Below, one piece after another: positions 33,278 through 44,355 of a DNA stretch of 64,000 bases. The stretch covers positions 2,560,001 through 2,624,000 of the forward strand of contig OY970173.1 of assembly GCA_963707635.1 (NCBI GenBank). Reading direction: 5' to 3'. Each line of letters opens with the position of its first letter. The stretch's first letter is position 1. Both the position numbers and the translations under genes were made by a program. Source of the stretch: Candidatus Latescibacterota bacterium (GTDB taxonomy: Bacteria > Krumholzibacteriota > Krumholzibacteriia > WVZY01 > JAKEHA01). The notes under the pieces were generated by a model. That model searched no databases. It was not told the DNA's origin and was given only the letters and a program-made list of their open reading frames with translations.

Positions 33278-36235
33278 CTATTTGAGCAGCACCATCTTGT
33301 GCGTCTGTCTCGTCTGGCCAGCCTCGAAGTGGAGGAAATACACGCCGCTGGCCGCGGGGTTGCCCCCCTGGTCCCGGCCATCCCATTCGATCCGGTGCTG
33401 CCCCTGCGCCATCGGGCGGTCCACCAGCGTTCGCGCCAGTCTCCCGTTCACGTCGTAGATCTTGAGCGAGACGTACAACCCCGTCTCCAGCGTGAACTCG
33501 ACCGACGTGACCGGGTTGAACGGATTCGGCGAGGGCGCCTGCATCGACGTATGGAGTGTCCGCACTGGCTCATCGAAGATGGCGGTCGGCGAGCAGTTCC
33601 CCACCGGAAACGCGCCGATCTGGTTGGGCCCGCAGGGATGGTTGGCCGGGGCCGCCGGCGAATTGGGCGCCAGGAAGAAGTCCCCTTCGATGGTGGCGTC
33701 CGCCTGGCAGTTGTTCGAATAGTACGAGCTCGGATAGTCGCAGAAGTCGGGGATGCCCGTCGTGGTCTGTGTCGCGTGAATCACGCCGGTCCCCGCGATT
33801 TCATTGACGTCCGAGTGCGAACAACCGATCTCGAACTGGTTGTTCGCCAGTACGAATGCCTCCCCCTGCGGGCTGACGGTCGAGCAGTTGCCCCAGAGAA
33901 TCGTCCGGCTGAAATCCGCGCGGGCCAGTCGGCCGATGCCGACCTGCGTCACCCCCATGTAGACGCCGCCGCCGTCCTGCGCGCTGTTGGCCGCGATGGT
34001 GCAATTGTTGAAGACGGGCGTGATGTCGGCGTTGGTTGCGCGGCCGCAAATCGCGACCCCGCCGCCTTCGAAGGTGGCATGGTTGCCCGTAATCCTGCAG
34101 TTGGTGAACGTCACCGTGTACGGGCCCTCTGGTTCGTTGGTGCAGTCGAAGTAGAAGCCCGCGCCCCGGTCCGTCGAGTGGCCGGAGAACTCGCAGTTGA
34201 CGAACTGGTTGCTCGTGGGCACCGCCGTCGTCGACGCGGGCTCGCTGCCGGTTCCGGTGGCGAATGGGCTGGCGCCCAGGCCCGTCACGACCACACCTCC
34301 GGCGCCGTTCTCTCTGAATATGACCCCGTCGAACACGGCGGAGGCGGCGTTCACGACGACCCCTCGATCCGCGTTGCGCGAAATGTCGCTGTTCTCGATC
34401 ACGCTCCAGGCGCGCTCGTTCTCCGGAGGACTCGGATCGACCACCATCTGGACTCCCGCCAGCGACGCGGCCGGTTCCAGGTACACACCGCAACCGCCAT
34501 TGCCGGTGACTTGTGTGGTGGTGATCATCATCGGCGTGGCGACCCTCACCGCGTTGGGCGTTTCATTGTTCCGAACGATGCATTCCTCGAGTGTCGGGTT
34601 CCCTCCCACAAACTCCAGCACGCCGTTCATGGTGGTAACCGTATTTTCCTCGATCGTGCAGGACTTGAACACCGGGTCGCCGCTTTCGACGCGCACGGCG
34701 CTGGCCTCACCGTCGTTCTGCTTGATGATGCAATCGCGTATGACGGGCGAGCTTCCTCCGTTCACGAGCACGGCCGAGCCGGGCACTCCGGCGGCACCCC
34801 GGGTGAAGGTAAAGCCCTCGACCACGGCCTCGTCGCTTTCGCCATTCTGGAACACGATGCCCCGTACCGAATTGCCGCCGTCGATAATGGCCTGCTCCGC
34901 TCCACCATGCGACTTGAGCACAATGTTCTTGCCCCCGAAATCGAGCTCGGTGTTGCGCGGACCCGACCAGGTGTCGTCGGCCACCAGGACGGTGTCTCCC
35001 ACACCGCTCACCGCCCGGTCGATGGCATCCTGGATCTTAGCGAACTGTCCGCCGTCCCCGACACCGAGCGAGCGGCCCGTGCAGCCCTGCGGCTGCGAAC
35101 CGATCAGCTGCTCGCACGGACTATGTGCGGCCAGGGCCGGAGAATCATCGTCGAGGGTGTAGTCGCCGCCCGTGGTCGGAGCGCTCGTGCAGGCAAACTC
35201 ACCGCAGAAAAGCGGGTCGGCATGAATCGTGTTCCCGTCGTAAAGCGCGGTTCCACTGCCCTCCACACCCGAGTTGTCTACATCGCTGCAGGCAAACGAA
35301 ACGCTGGCCCAGAAAGCGACGTAGATCTGGTCGCCCGGCGCGTCCGCACAGTTGCTCCAGACGGTCGTCCGGGTGACGGGTGGCTGAACCGAGGCGGCCA
35401 CGTACATCCCGCCCCCTTTCGCGAGCGCATGATTGGCGGCAATTGTGCAACTGGTGATGTCGATGTCGCTGCTGAAGACGATCATCAGCCCTCCACCGAA
35501 CGTCGCCAGGTTTCCCGAGATCGTACTGTGGTCGATTATCGGGGAACCGTTGTAGTACACGAACAAGCCACCCCCCTGAAACGCCTGGTTTCCGCTGATG
35601 GTGCAGTTCGTGAACGTGGACACGCCGTCATTGTGTCCATAAACCAAACTCGGCTGGAGCTCCGCTTCCACATCGTATTGAAAGTCCTCGCCCACTCCGA
35701 TCCCCCCGCCAAGCAGCGCCTCGTTCTTTTCGATCGTGCAATCAATGAAGGTGGGGGAACTATCTTCACTCACAAAAACCCCACCGCCAGCCGCCCCGGC
35801 CGAGTTTTCGACGATTACGCAATTCTTGATGGTCGGCGAGTTATGACTCTGCACGCTGATGCCCGCGCCCAGGGAAGCGCTGCCATGCGTAATCGTGAAT
35901 CCATCGACGACTGCCGTGTGATTGACATTGCCGTGCAGCGCGATACCCCGGGCGACTCCCTGACAATCGATGGTCGTCAGGCTCGCGCCGCCGGCCGACA
36001 TCAGCACGATGTTCCGGTTGCCAAAATTGATGTCCCTGTTGCCCGGCCCGGTGTACGTGCCGCTCGCCACCAGGACCGTGTCACCGGTCGCCGCGGCATT
36101 GATCCCGGCCTGAATGGTCGGATAGTCGCCGGGGACGTGGATCACCGCCCCGGCCCAGGCGCTCGCGTCCGGCAGGGCCAGAACAAAAGTGCAAAGCAGG
36201 AAACAGCCGGCGGTTGCACGGCACCAGTTTCTCAT
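33278..36235 (-). CDS. Secreted right-handed beta-helix (pectin-lyase/Pmp-like) protein, two modules, + FlgD-Ig CTD
   Basis: VPGDYPTIQAGI...GDTVLV and KIQDAI...GDTVLV module starts; N.A..GGG repeats; PNPFNP CTD; AGGAGG RBS. Confidence 0.85.
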   Translation of the reverse strand: MRNWCRATAGCFLLCTFVLALPDASAWAGAVIHVPGDYPTIQAGINAAATGDTVLVASGTYTGPGNRDINFGNRNIVLMSAGGASLTTIDCQGVARGIALHGNVNHTAVVDGFTITHGSASLGAGISVQSHNSPTIKNCVIVENSAGAAGGGVFVSEDSSPTFIDCTIEKNEALLGGGIGVGEDFQYDVEAELQPSLVYGHNDGVSTFTNCTISGNQAFQGGGLFVYYNGSPIIDHSTISGNLATFGGGLMIVFSSDIDITSCTIAANHALAKGGGMYVAASVQPPVTRTTVWSNCADAPGDQIYVAFWASVSFACSDVDNSGVEGSGTALYDGNTIHADPLFCGEFACTSAPTTGGDYTLDDDSPALAAHSPCEQLIGSQPQGCTGRSLGVGDGGQFAKIQDAIDRAVSGVGDTVLVADDTWSGPRNTELDFGGKNIVLKSHGGAEQAIIDGGNSVRGIVFQNGESDEAVVEGFTFTRGAAGVPGSAVLVNGGSSPVIRDCIIKQNDGEASAVRVESGDPVFKSCTIEENTVTTMNGVLEFVGGNPTLEECIVRNNETPNAVRVATPMMITTTQVTGNGGCGVYLEPAASLAGVQMVVDPSPPENERAWSVIENSDISRNADRGVVVNAASAVFDGVIFRENGAGGVVVTGLGASPFATGTGSEPASTTAVPTSNQFVNCEFSGHSTDRGAGFYFDCTNEPEGPYTVTFTNCRITGNHATFEGGGVAICGRATNADITPVFNNCTIAANSAQDGGGVYMGVTQVGIGRLARADFSRTILWGNCSTVSPQGEAFVLANNQFEIGCSHSDVNEIAGTGVIHATQTTTGIPDFCDYPSSYYSNNCQADATIEGDFFLAPNSPAAPANHPCGPNQIGAFPVGNCSPTAIFDEPVRTLHTSMQAPSPNPFNPVTSVEFTLETGLYVSLKIYDVNGRLARTLVDRPMAQGQHRIEWDGRDQGGNPAASGVYFLHFEAGQTRQTHKMVLLK

Positions 36236-36285
36236 TGTAACCATCCTCCTGGGGGGCTCGACCGGTTGCCCGGTGGCCTGCTGCA

Positions 36286-39200
36286 CTACTTGATAAGCAA
36301 CATCTTCCTGGTTTCAGTCATTTGCCCGGCGGTCATGCGACAGAAGTAGATCCCCGACGCCACGGGATGCCCCGCGTCGTCCGTCGCATTCCAGGTTACT
36401 TCGTAAGCGCCCGGTTGCCGGTTGCCGACATACAAGTCGCGAACACGGGCGCCGCTCACATCGTAAACTCTGATCGCCACGGGTGCCGCTTCCGCGATCT
36501 CGTAGCGAATGATCGTCACCGGGTTGAACGGATTGGGACGGTTCCCGCGCAGGGAGGTCCTCGCCGGCGACCCCGGCAACTCATCCTTCCCTGGCATCCG
36601 CGAACGCCTCGCTACCCACCAGGAGTACAAAACGCGCCTGGCTTTCGTTGGTGACGAAATTTCGTTTTCCTTCATAGAATACGTACCGCCCCTGTTTGCG
36701 CAGATCGACCACCCGTTTCAGGTCGTAATCGATGAGCAGCACCCGGGCGTCCGGCGCCAGGTCGTCGATGCCGGAGAATGCCAGCGCGACCTCGTCCCCG
36801 GCCGACACGTCGGCGAAGCTCTTGGCGACGTCGAAGCGCCAGAGGTGACCCCACACGTCGGAGCCGAGCCCGAACTCTTGAACCGCGGCCTCGTCGAGGG
36901 CCTCGTAGCCGCCCCGCATGTCCACCGTGTAATTGCCGTTTCCACCGCGCCAGTCGCGGTGCGGAAAATATAGAGACACCGAGCGATCGGGGCTCATCGG
37001 CGCCTCGGAGCGGTCCGCCGCGTCCCACTGGTCGCGGGCGCCGCGTCTCATCCCCACGATGTTGTGCGAGTCGATCGCACCCCGCGACGCCGCCGTGATC
37101 GACACGCGCCACTCGCGTTCGGATGCGGTCTGGCTGCCCGCCGCGGCAACGGCGACGTGACCGGGCCCGTTCGCGGACGGTGTCGCTTCCCGCGGAGGGA
37201 TCTTCAACCGGAACGTCGACGCCGTCCGGTTCCTGACCCAGTATCCCTCCCACGGCTCGAGCCGGTCCACGTCGTATCCGTAGTGATCTCCGCGCCAGGC
37301 CACGGGAGGTTCAACCAGAGCCGAATCGACGCCGACCGACGCCCACGAAACCGGGAACGCGAATGGCTGACCGATCAGATTCCAGCCGGGCTCGAGTGCC
37401 AGCGCGAACGCGCTGTCCGTCGGCGCCGACTCTCCGAACACCGGAGCCGTATCGAGCCGGTACTGGGCGTTGGTGATCAGCCAGTACCCTTTTCCCTGCT
37501 CGAACGCCAGCACGCTGTCGTTGGGCACCTCCACGTAAACCGAGTCGGCCGCGTCGTAGCCGAACAACCGCCACCGGGTCGCATCCGGGAAGCCGACGTC
37601 GTCCTGGAGGACCCGGATGATCGACACGTTGCTCTCCAGTTCGAGTGGAACCGACATCAGGCGATACTGCAGACCCGGGTGGGTGACATTCTCCACCAGA
37701 TTGGTCGCCGTCACGCGGATGGCAATCGGCCGCTGGGACGGGTTCGTCCGCGGGTCGGTGAGGGTCTCGCTCGGAGTCTGCGCCTCCGCGTAGTACTCGA
37801 TCCCGCGCTCCCCGACCCAGTCGGATGGAATCGTGGCGAAGGGCAGGGGGTTGCCTTCTTCGAAGCCGGTCTGCTGGTAGACGCTCTCTCCGCCGCGACG
37901 ATAAAACAGCCGGGCCTGGTCGCGGGTGACGCCCGGTGGGAGGCGCAGCTCGACAACGATGTCGCGCGTCTCGAAGAACTCGGAGCCACTGCTGGGCCGG
38001 GCGGAGGTATCGACCAGTGGAATCTGACCGACTTCCACCAGGTAGGATGGGGTGCGACGTGTGACGCTTACCCGCTTCGGAATCTCGATGGTGGTGAGCC
38101 GAAGGACGATGTCTCGCGGGTCGGACGGGACGCGCGACGTGTCCCAATCGATCGAATCCGCCATCGCCGCCGGCGAGGTGGCGAACATGCCGACCCGGCC
38201 GACCCGGCCGTCCACATCGGCCCGGTACCACGTGGGGTCACCCTCGAACTGATACTCGGCGAGCATCCAGACGGGGTCGGACTCGACGTCCACGAGCGAG
38301 AAGGCGATCCGCTGCGTGTTCGGACCGATGTGCCTGACCTTGACCGACGAGAGAAAGGCAGTGTTGTTCGTCTGGTTGTGGGTCGGTGCCAGCGGATCAC
38401 GCCGATAGGGCGGATTCTTGTTCCCCGCGTAGAGCGCGTTGGGCGCGAGCTCATTTCCAAAAACGGCGTCGAGATCCCCGTCGCCGTCTACGTCACCGAG
38501 TGCCACGTCTTCGGTATCGCTCAGCGGCCCGGACAACCAGGTCGGGCTTCTCTCCAGCGTGCCCCCCTCGTTCATGTACGCGAGGTTGGGTTGCGCCAGC
38601 TCGTTGCCGCAAACCAGGTCGAGATCGCCGTCGCCGTCGAGATCGCCCAGCGCCACGCTCGTCGTCGGCCGCGAGGGCGGGCGGGATGACCAGCCGGCCG
38701 ACGGCGCGAAGGTGCCGCCCTCGTTGAAGTAGGCCGTGGTGGCCTGCGGATTGTTGGCACACACGAGGTCGAGATCACCGTCTCCGTCGAGGTCTCCCAG
38801 CGCCACGTCGGTGGTGAAGAGCTCTTGCGAGCTGGACCACGCGGGGGCCGAAGAGAACATCTCTCCGTCGTTCTTGTACATCGTGCTCGGATCGCCGTTG
38901 TTGCCGCAGACGAGGTCGAGATCGCCGTCGCGGTCGACGTCGCCCAGCGTCACGCCGCTGGTCCGCAGCGCTGCATTCGAATGCCACGCGGGACGCGTAT
39001 CGAAGGTCGTCCCCAGATTGAGATAGACGGTGCTCGAGTCCGCCCCGTTCCCGCAGACCAGGTCGACGAAGCCGTCGCCGTTCACGTCGCCGATCGCGAT
39101 GCTGGTCGTGACCTCCTGGGGCTCCGACACCCAGGTGGGAGCCGCCGTGAATACGGCGCCGATATTCTCGTACGCGGTGCTGGCCTCGCCGTTGATGCCC

Positions 39201-40600
39201 TGGTTGCCGCAGACCAGGTCGATGCGATCGTCGCCGTTCACTCTAGCCAGTGCAATGGACGCCGTATATCGCAATTCCCCCGACGACCAGGCCGGCGTCG
39301 TTTCCAGCCGGCCGCTGTCGTTTCGATACAACGCGCTGACCATGGCCTCCGCGCCGCCGTTGCCGCACACGAGGTCCAGGTCGCCGTCGTTGTCCACGTC
39401 GCCCAGGGCGACACTCTTGGTTCGATTGATTGCGGGCCCGGCGGATTCCCACGACGGCATCGTTTCGAGCGGGGGCGTCAGGTTGAGGTACGCCGTGCTG
39501 AGCTGGTCCGCGTTGCCGCAGATCAGATCCAGGTCACCGTCGCCATCGACGTCGGCCAACGCGATGGCGATCGTCCGGTCGCCGCGGCTGGTGGACCAAT
39601 CGGGTATCGAGTCGAGCGTGGTCGCACCCGGGTCGTTCAGATTGTTCAAGTAGAGGGTGCTCGGCTCCGCGAGGTTCGCAAAGACCAGATCGAGGTCGCC
39701 GTCGCTGTCCACGTCGGCCACGTCCACGTCCTCGCCCGCTTCCGTCGGTCCGGACTGCCACGACGGCGCCGTCGCGAAAAGCGAGTCGCTCTGGTCGTAA
39801 TAGATCGCGTGGGTCTGATTGAGGTTCGCACAGATGAGATCGAGCCGGCCGTTACCGTCAATGTCGGCCAGCGCGATCCCCAACGTCTGATGCCCCGGGT
39901 CGGAGGTCCAATCGGGTATCGAGTCGAGGGCGCCCTGCTGATTCAGGTAGACGTGGTTCTTCCCGGGACCATTCCTGTCCGCCACATTGCCTTCGACGAG
40001 ATCGAGATAGCCGTCCCCGTCCACGTCCCCCAGCGACACACACCGGGTCTCGTTGGGCCCGCCGATCTTCAGCGGGGTGTCGGGAAACTGGCCGTCGTCG
40101 TTCATGTAAATCGCATTGGGAAAAAGTGGAACTCCGAATACGACGTCGAGATCGCCGTCGTTGTCCAGATCGCCAAGCGCCACGCTCTCGCCGGTGTTGG
40201 CGGTCCACAGCGTGTCGGCGGGCACCCGGCTCAGCATGCCCCCCTCGTTGAGGTAGAGGGTATTCGCGCCCCCGAAATTTCCGCAGACGAGGTCCAGATC
40301 GCCGTCACCGTCGATATCGCCCAGCGCCATGCTCCGCGTCCGGTCGATGGAAACGGGAAGCCAGGCCGACACGATCCCGAACATCCCGCCCTCATTGAGA
40401 AAAAGCGTGTTGGCCTGCTGCGAATTACCGCAGACCAGGTCCACGTCACCATCGAGGTCGATGTCGCCCAGCGCCACACTACGGGTGGTGTTGGGCTCCG
40501 GCGATTCCCAGTGCGGCTCGGGGGTGAAGAACACGACTTGCGGCCACGCGACCGCGGGCGCCAACACGAGGGGCCCGCCGACGAGGAGCAGTCTGCTCAT
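36286..40600 (-). CDS. Large FG-GAP/VCBS repeat protein (14 repeats) whose FlgD-Ig CTD is separated by a frameshift at ~36590
   Basis: 14 copies of (S/D)VALGDxDGDGDLDLVCGN. The main frame stops at 36581; the CTD (LRGNRPNPFNP...KMLLIK) continues in another frame to 36286. Confidence 0.8.
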
Positions 40601-40876
40601 ATGCCTGGCACTCACGCCAAAGAACACCCGCCACCTCGAACCGTGTGAGGAGTCGTAGCCAAGATCGTTTGTCAGGCCACCGAATTGGGGCTCGCCGTTA
40701 CGAATCTTTGGGACAGGCAATTATACCTGAAATGGGCTTCAACCTTCCCCTCAAATTATTCTCCAGAGCAAGGTTGGCGCTTCGGGTGATTCGCCGGCCT
40801 GAAGGGGGCCGACCCGGTCGGCCGGCCCACCGGGGATGATCGCCGGAGGGTGGTTTGGATGGCAGGCCAGCCGCTG

Positions 40877-42532
40877 CTACTTGAGCAGTGTCATCTTGTA
40901 GCTGCGCGCACCGGCCGGCGACGTGATTCGCCCGAAATACACGCCCGAACTCACCGGGCGGCCTCGATCGTCGCGGCCGTTCCATCTGGTCGAGTAGGCG
41001 CCCGCGATCTTGTCCCCGTCCACGAGGGTGACAACGCGCGCGCCGCGGGGGTCGAACACTTCGATGGTGACACGTCCCCCCGCGGGCACCGTGTACCGGA
41101 TCGTTGTCGCGGGGTTGAACGGGTTCGGATACGCGGAGATCGAGGGCAAGTTGGTCACCGGCGTTGCGCGCGCGCCGGTCGGCGTGGTAGTGAACTTCGC
41201 TACGAACGCGTCGAAACCCCCGGAGGCGGTCAACGGCCCGCCCCCGAGGTCGACCACCCCCTGGAAGAACCCGGTCGCGACCATGTCGTCCGACGCGTCG
41301 GTCGCGATGCACGCGACCTCCTGGGTCGCTGAATCGCCGTAGCGCTGGCTCCACTGGTACACGCCCGACACGTCGAATTTCGCGAGGTAGAAGTCGGTGC
41401 CGCCGAGACTCGTCAGGTCGCCGCCCCCGAGATTCACGGTACCGTCGAAATCACCCGCCATATAGACGTCCCCCCACGAGTTCGTCGCCGCCGAGGCGCC
41501 GTACTGATCGGCGCCGTCTCCCCAGCGATGGCTCCACTGGTAGGCGCCCGCCGCGTCGACCTTGGCGAGAAACGCGTCCGAACCCCCGGCGCTCGTGAGC
41601 GGGCCGCCCCCGAAGTCCGTCGTGCCCAACATCCCGCCCGTCAGGTAGACGCAGCCCCAATGATCGGTCACCACCGCGCGAGGTTCCTGACTCTCGGAGT
41701 CACCGTAGCGCTTGCTCCACGCGTGCAGCCCGGCGTAGTCGAACTTCGCGAGAAAAATGTCGAAATCCCCTGCGCTCGTGAGACTGGAGCCACCCAGATT
41801 GATGGTGCCCTTGAACGGTCCGGCCACGTAGACGTCCCCGTAGGCGTCGGCCGTCATAGTGGTGCCGCGTTGATCGGCGGCATCTCCGAATTGCTTGCTC
41901 CATTGATGGACGCCGTCGGAATCGAAACCGGCGAGGAAGACCTGATAGCTCCCGGTACTGCCTAGATTCGCGCCCCCGAAGTTCACAGAGCCGAGAAAGT
42001 ACCCGGTCGCGTAGACGTCCCCGGCAGCGTCCACGCCGATCGACATGCACCGCTGCTCCGACGCATCGCCGAAGCGCTTGCTCCACTGATGCGTACCCGC
42101 AGAGTTGAACTTCGCGAGGAAAACGTCGCGGTCGCCGGCGCTGGTGAGCGGGCCGCCTCCGAAGTCGACCGTGCCCTGGAAGAACCCGCCTACGTAGACG
42201 TCTCCCGCCGCGTCCGTCCCCACCGCGTAACCGTTCTGCTCGGCGGCATCTCCGAAGTGCCGGCTCCATTGATACGCGCCGAGGGCGTCGAATTTCACGA
42301 GGAAGACGTCGGAGTTTCCCGCGCTGGTCAGATCGCCACCTCCGAAATCAAGCGAGCCGAGGAAGTATCCGGTCACGTAGATGTTCCCGAACGCGTCTGT
42401 GGCTATCGAACGCGCATTCTGACCGTCCGTGTCGCCGAAGTGCTGGCTCCAGAGCTGGCCCGGCGACGCCGCCGTCGCCGGCTGGTTCAGGCAGGTCATC
42501 AGAAGCATGGCTGCGAGGGTCGTTCGTCTCAT
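40877..42532 (-). CDS. SBBP-type seven-bladed beta-propeller + FlgD-Ig CTD
   Basis: Seven FL.KFD..G..QWS..FGD repeats; YPNPFNP CTD. Confidence 0.85.
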   Translation of the reverse strand: MRRTTLAAMLLMTCLNQPATAASPGQLWSQHFGDTDGQNARSIATDAFGNIYVTGYFLGSLDFGGGDLTSAGNSDVFLVKFDALGAYQWSRHFGDAAEQNGYAVGTDAAGDVYVGGFFQGTVDFGGGPLTSAGDRDVFLAKFNSAGTHQWSKRFGDASEQRCMSIGVDAAGDVYATGYFLGSVNFGGANLGSTGSYQVFLAGFDSDGVHQWSKQFGDAADQRGTTMTADAYGDVYVAGPFKGTINLGGSSLTSAGDFDIFLAKFDYAGLHAWSKRYGDSESQEPRAVVTDHWGCVYLTGGMLGTTDFGGGPLTSAGGSDAFLAKVDAAGAYQWSHRWGDGADQYGASAATNSWGDVYMAGDFDGTVNLGGGDLTSLGGTDFYLAKFDVSGVYQWSQRYGDSATQEVACIATDASDDMVATGFFQGVVDLGGGPLTASGGFDAFVAKFTTTPTGARATPVTNLPSISAYPNPFNPATTIRYTVPAGGRVTIEVFDPRGARVVTLVDGDKIAGAYSTRWNGRDDRGRPVSSGVYFGRITSPAGARSYKMTLLK

Positions 42533-42536
42533 CGTG

Positions 42537-44063
42537 TCACCTATTTTTCGGTGGTCGATACGGGTCGGGCGTGCCCGGAACGATCAGCGGGTATTTCGCG
42601 AGACTGGCTTCGAAATCCAGGACGATCTTGTGCATCGGGGCGTCCATCTCGGTGTGGGCCCAGTATACGCTCTGTTCCTCTCTGGGGTCGGTACGCACGT
42701 TGTAGAGGTTCTTCGCTTTCCTCACGTAGTGCATCTTCCAGTCGCCCCATTTTACGGCATAGAGATGGCCGTACGCGTAGACCGGGAAGCCGACCCGGTT
42801 CGACGTCTCTTGCTTGCCCGTGAAGAAATCCATCTGGTCGACGCCGTCGATCGCGCGGTCGGTCGGGACCTCGGCGCCCGCCGCCCTGGCCAGGGTCGTG
42901 AACAGGTCGGTGATGTGCACGATTTCGTTGCTCACCCGGCCGGCCGGGATGTGACCGGGCCACCGGATGATACACGGCGCGCGCAGAGCGCCTTCCAACG
43001 CTGAGTCGAGGTACCCTCTCCACGGACCCGAGCTTCCCTTCCACGGCTTCAAGTCGGGGCCGCCGTCGCTGGCGAAGACAAGAATGGTGTTATCTTCGAT
43101 GCCGGCCTGCTTGATCGCGTCGGCAATGAGGCCGACGTTGAAGTCCATTCCCATTACGGCATCACCGATCGGGCCGCCTCCGGACTTGCCGGTGAAATCG
43201 GGATGGGAATACACCGGCCGATGCACGGCCGTCATCGGCACGTAGAGAAGGAACGGTCGTCCTGCCTGGGCGTTGCGCTGGATCCACGCAACCGCTTTGT
43301 CGGTCAGCTCGCGGTCAATCAAGCGCCCCACCTCCGGGTCGAGGATCTTGACCTGGCGGGCTTTCTGACCCCTGGAGCACTCGAGGATGGGGGGCGGGCT
43401 GTCCGCGGGGATGTAGCCCTTCGCCGTGATCGTCCCCTCATCCCACGTGATCGGGACCCCGTACCACTCGTCGAAACCCTGGTCGGTTGGAAAGCGCCCG
43501 TCCTGGTCCCCCAGATGCCACTTGCCGTACTCGGCGGTGGCGTAACCGCGCGCGGACAGCAACTCGGCCAGCGTCACCTCCCACTCCACCATCCCCTTCG
43601 GACCGGACGTCGCCACCTGGTCCGTACCGGAACGAACGCCGTAGCGCCCCGTCATCAGCGCCGAACGCGACGGCGAACACCAGATCTCGACATTGAAGTT
43701 GGTCAGCCGAAGGCCTTCGGCGGCCAGAGCGTCGATGCGCGGCGTCGCCACCATGCGGGGGCCGCCGTAGCAGGCGATTTCACCGTAGCCGAGGTTATCC
43801 GCGAGGAGGATGACGATGTCGGGCTTGCCCCGGATGGCGCCGACGTTCGCTGGTCGCGGTACCGCTTCGCCATCGCCCGTCACCGACGCCGCGGGAACCG
43901 GGGTACGCGCAGACCGTACCCACATGGCGACGAAGAAAATGACGAGTGCCGCCAGCGCGGCTGGTAGCATCCAGCGGCGCCGGCCGCTTGCGCTCGCCGC
44001 GGGCGGCGACCGGCTAAGATCCTCGGGTGATTCGAGTGCGACGCGTGGGGGGCGGGAGGGCAT
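42537..44063 (-). CDS. Arylsulfatase (Cys-type), N-terminally membrane-anchored
   Basis: ADNLGYG, CSPSRSALMTG, GKWHLG. Confidence 0.92.
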   Translation of the reverse strand: MPSRPPRVALESPEDLSRSPPAASASGRRRWMLPAALAALVIFFVAMWVRSARTPVPAASVTGDGEAVPRPANVGAIRGKPDIVILLADNLGYGEIACYGGPRMVATPRIDALAAEGLRLTNFNVEIWCSPSRSALMTGRYGVRSGTDQVATSGPKGMVEWEVTLAELLSARGYATAEYGKWHLGDQDGRFPTDQGFDEWYGVPITWDEGTITAKGYIPADSPPPILECSRGQKARQVKILDPEVGRLIDRELTDKAVAWIQRNAQAGRPFLLYVPMTAVHRPVYSHPDFTGKSGGGPIGDAVMGMDFNVGLIADAIKQAGIEDNTILVFASDGGPDLKPWKGSSGPWRGYLDSALEGALRAPCIIRWPGHIPAGRVSNEIVHITDLFTTLARAAGAEVPTDRAIDGVDQMDFFTGKQETSNRVGFPVYAYGHLYAVKWGDWKMHYVRKAKNLYNVRTDPREEQSVYWAHTEMDAPMHKIVLDFEASLAKYPLIVPGTPDPYRPPKNR

Positions 44064-44355
44064 GAAAAGTGACTCCGGCCAGGACGGTTACGGACTGCTA
44101 TCCGCGCCGCCCATCGGCTGTTTCGCGCTCCTTCAGGTTGGGTGCGTGCAGGCCGGTCGTCGGGAACCAGTGGAAGAACAGCCGACGGTGCAGGCGTTCG
44201 ACCGGGGAAGCATAGCCGCGCGCGTGACGAATCGTCAACTGTCGGGTTACTTTGAGAATCTGTTCACATCACCATTGGCTCCTGCCAGCACGTCGTGAGA
44301 GCATGTGCGCGACTGGCGTGCACCAAACGGAACAATGGAAAGAGGAAGGGAACCC

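Noticed and set aside
38430..40480. Regularly spaced DNA repeats resembling an array
   Set aside because: They are coding FG-GAP repeats with synonymous variation; no CRISPR array or cas gene is seen in the window.
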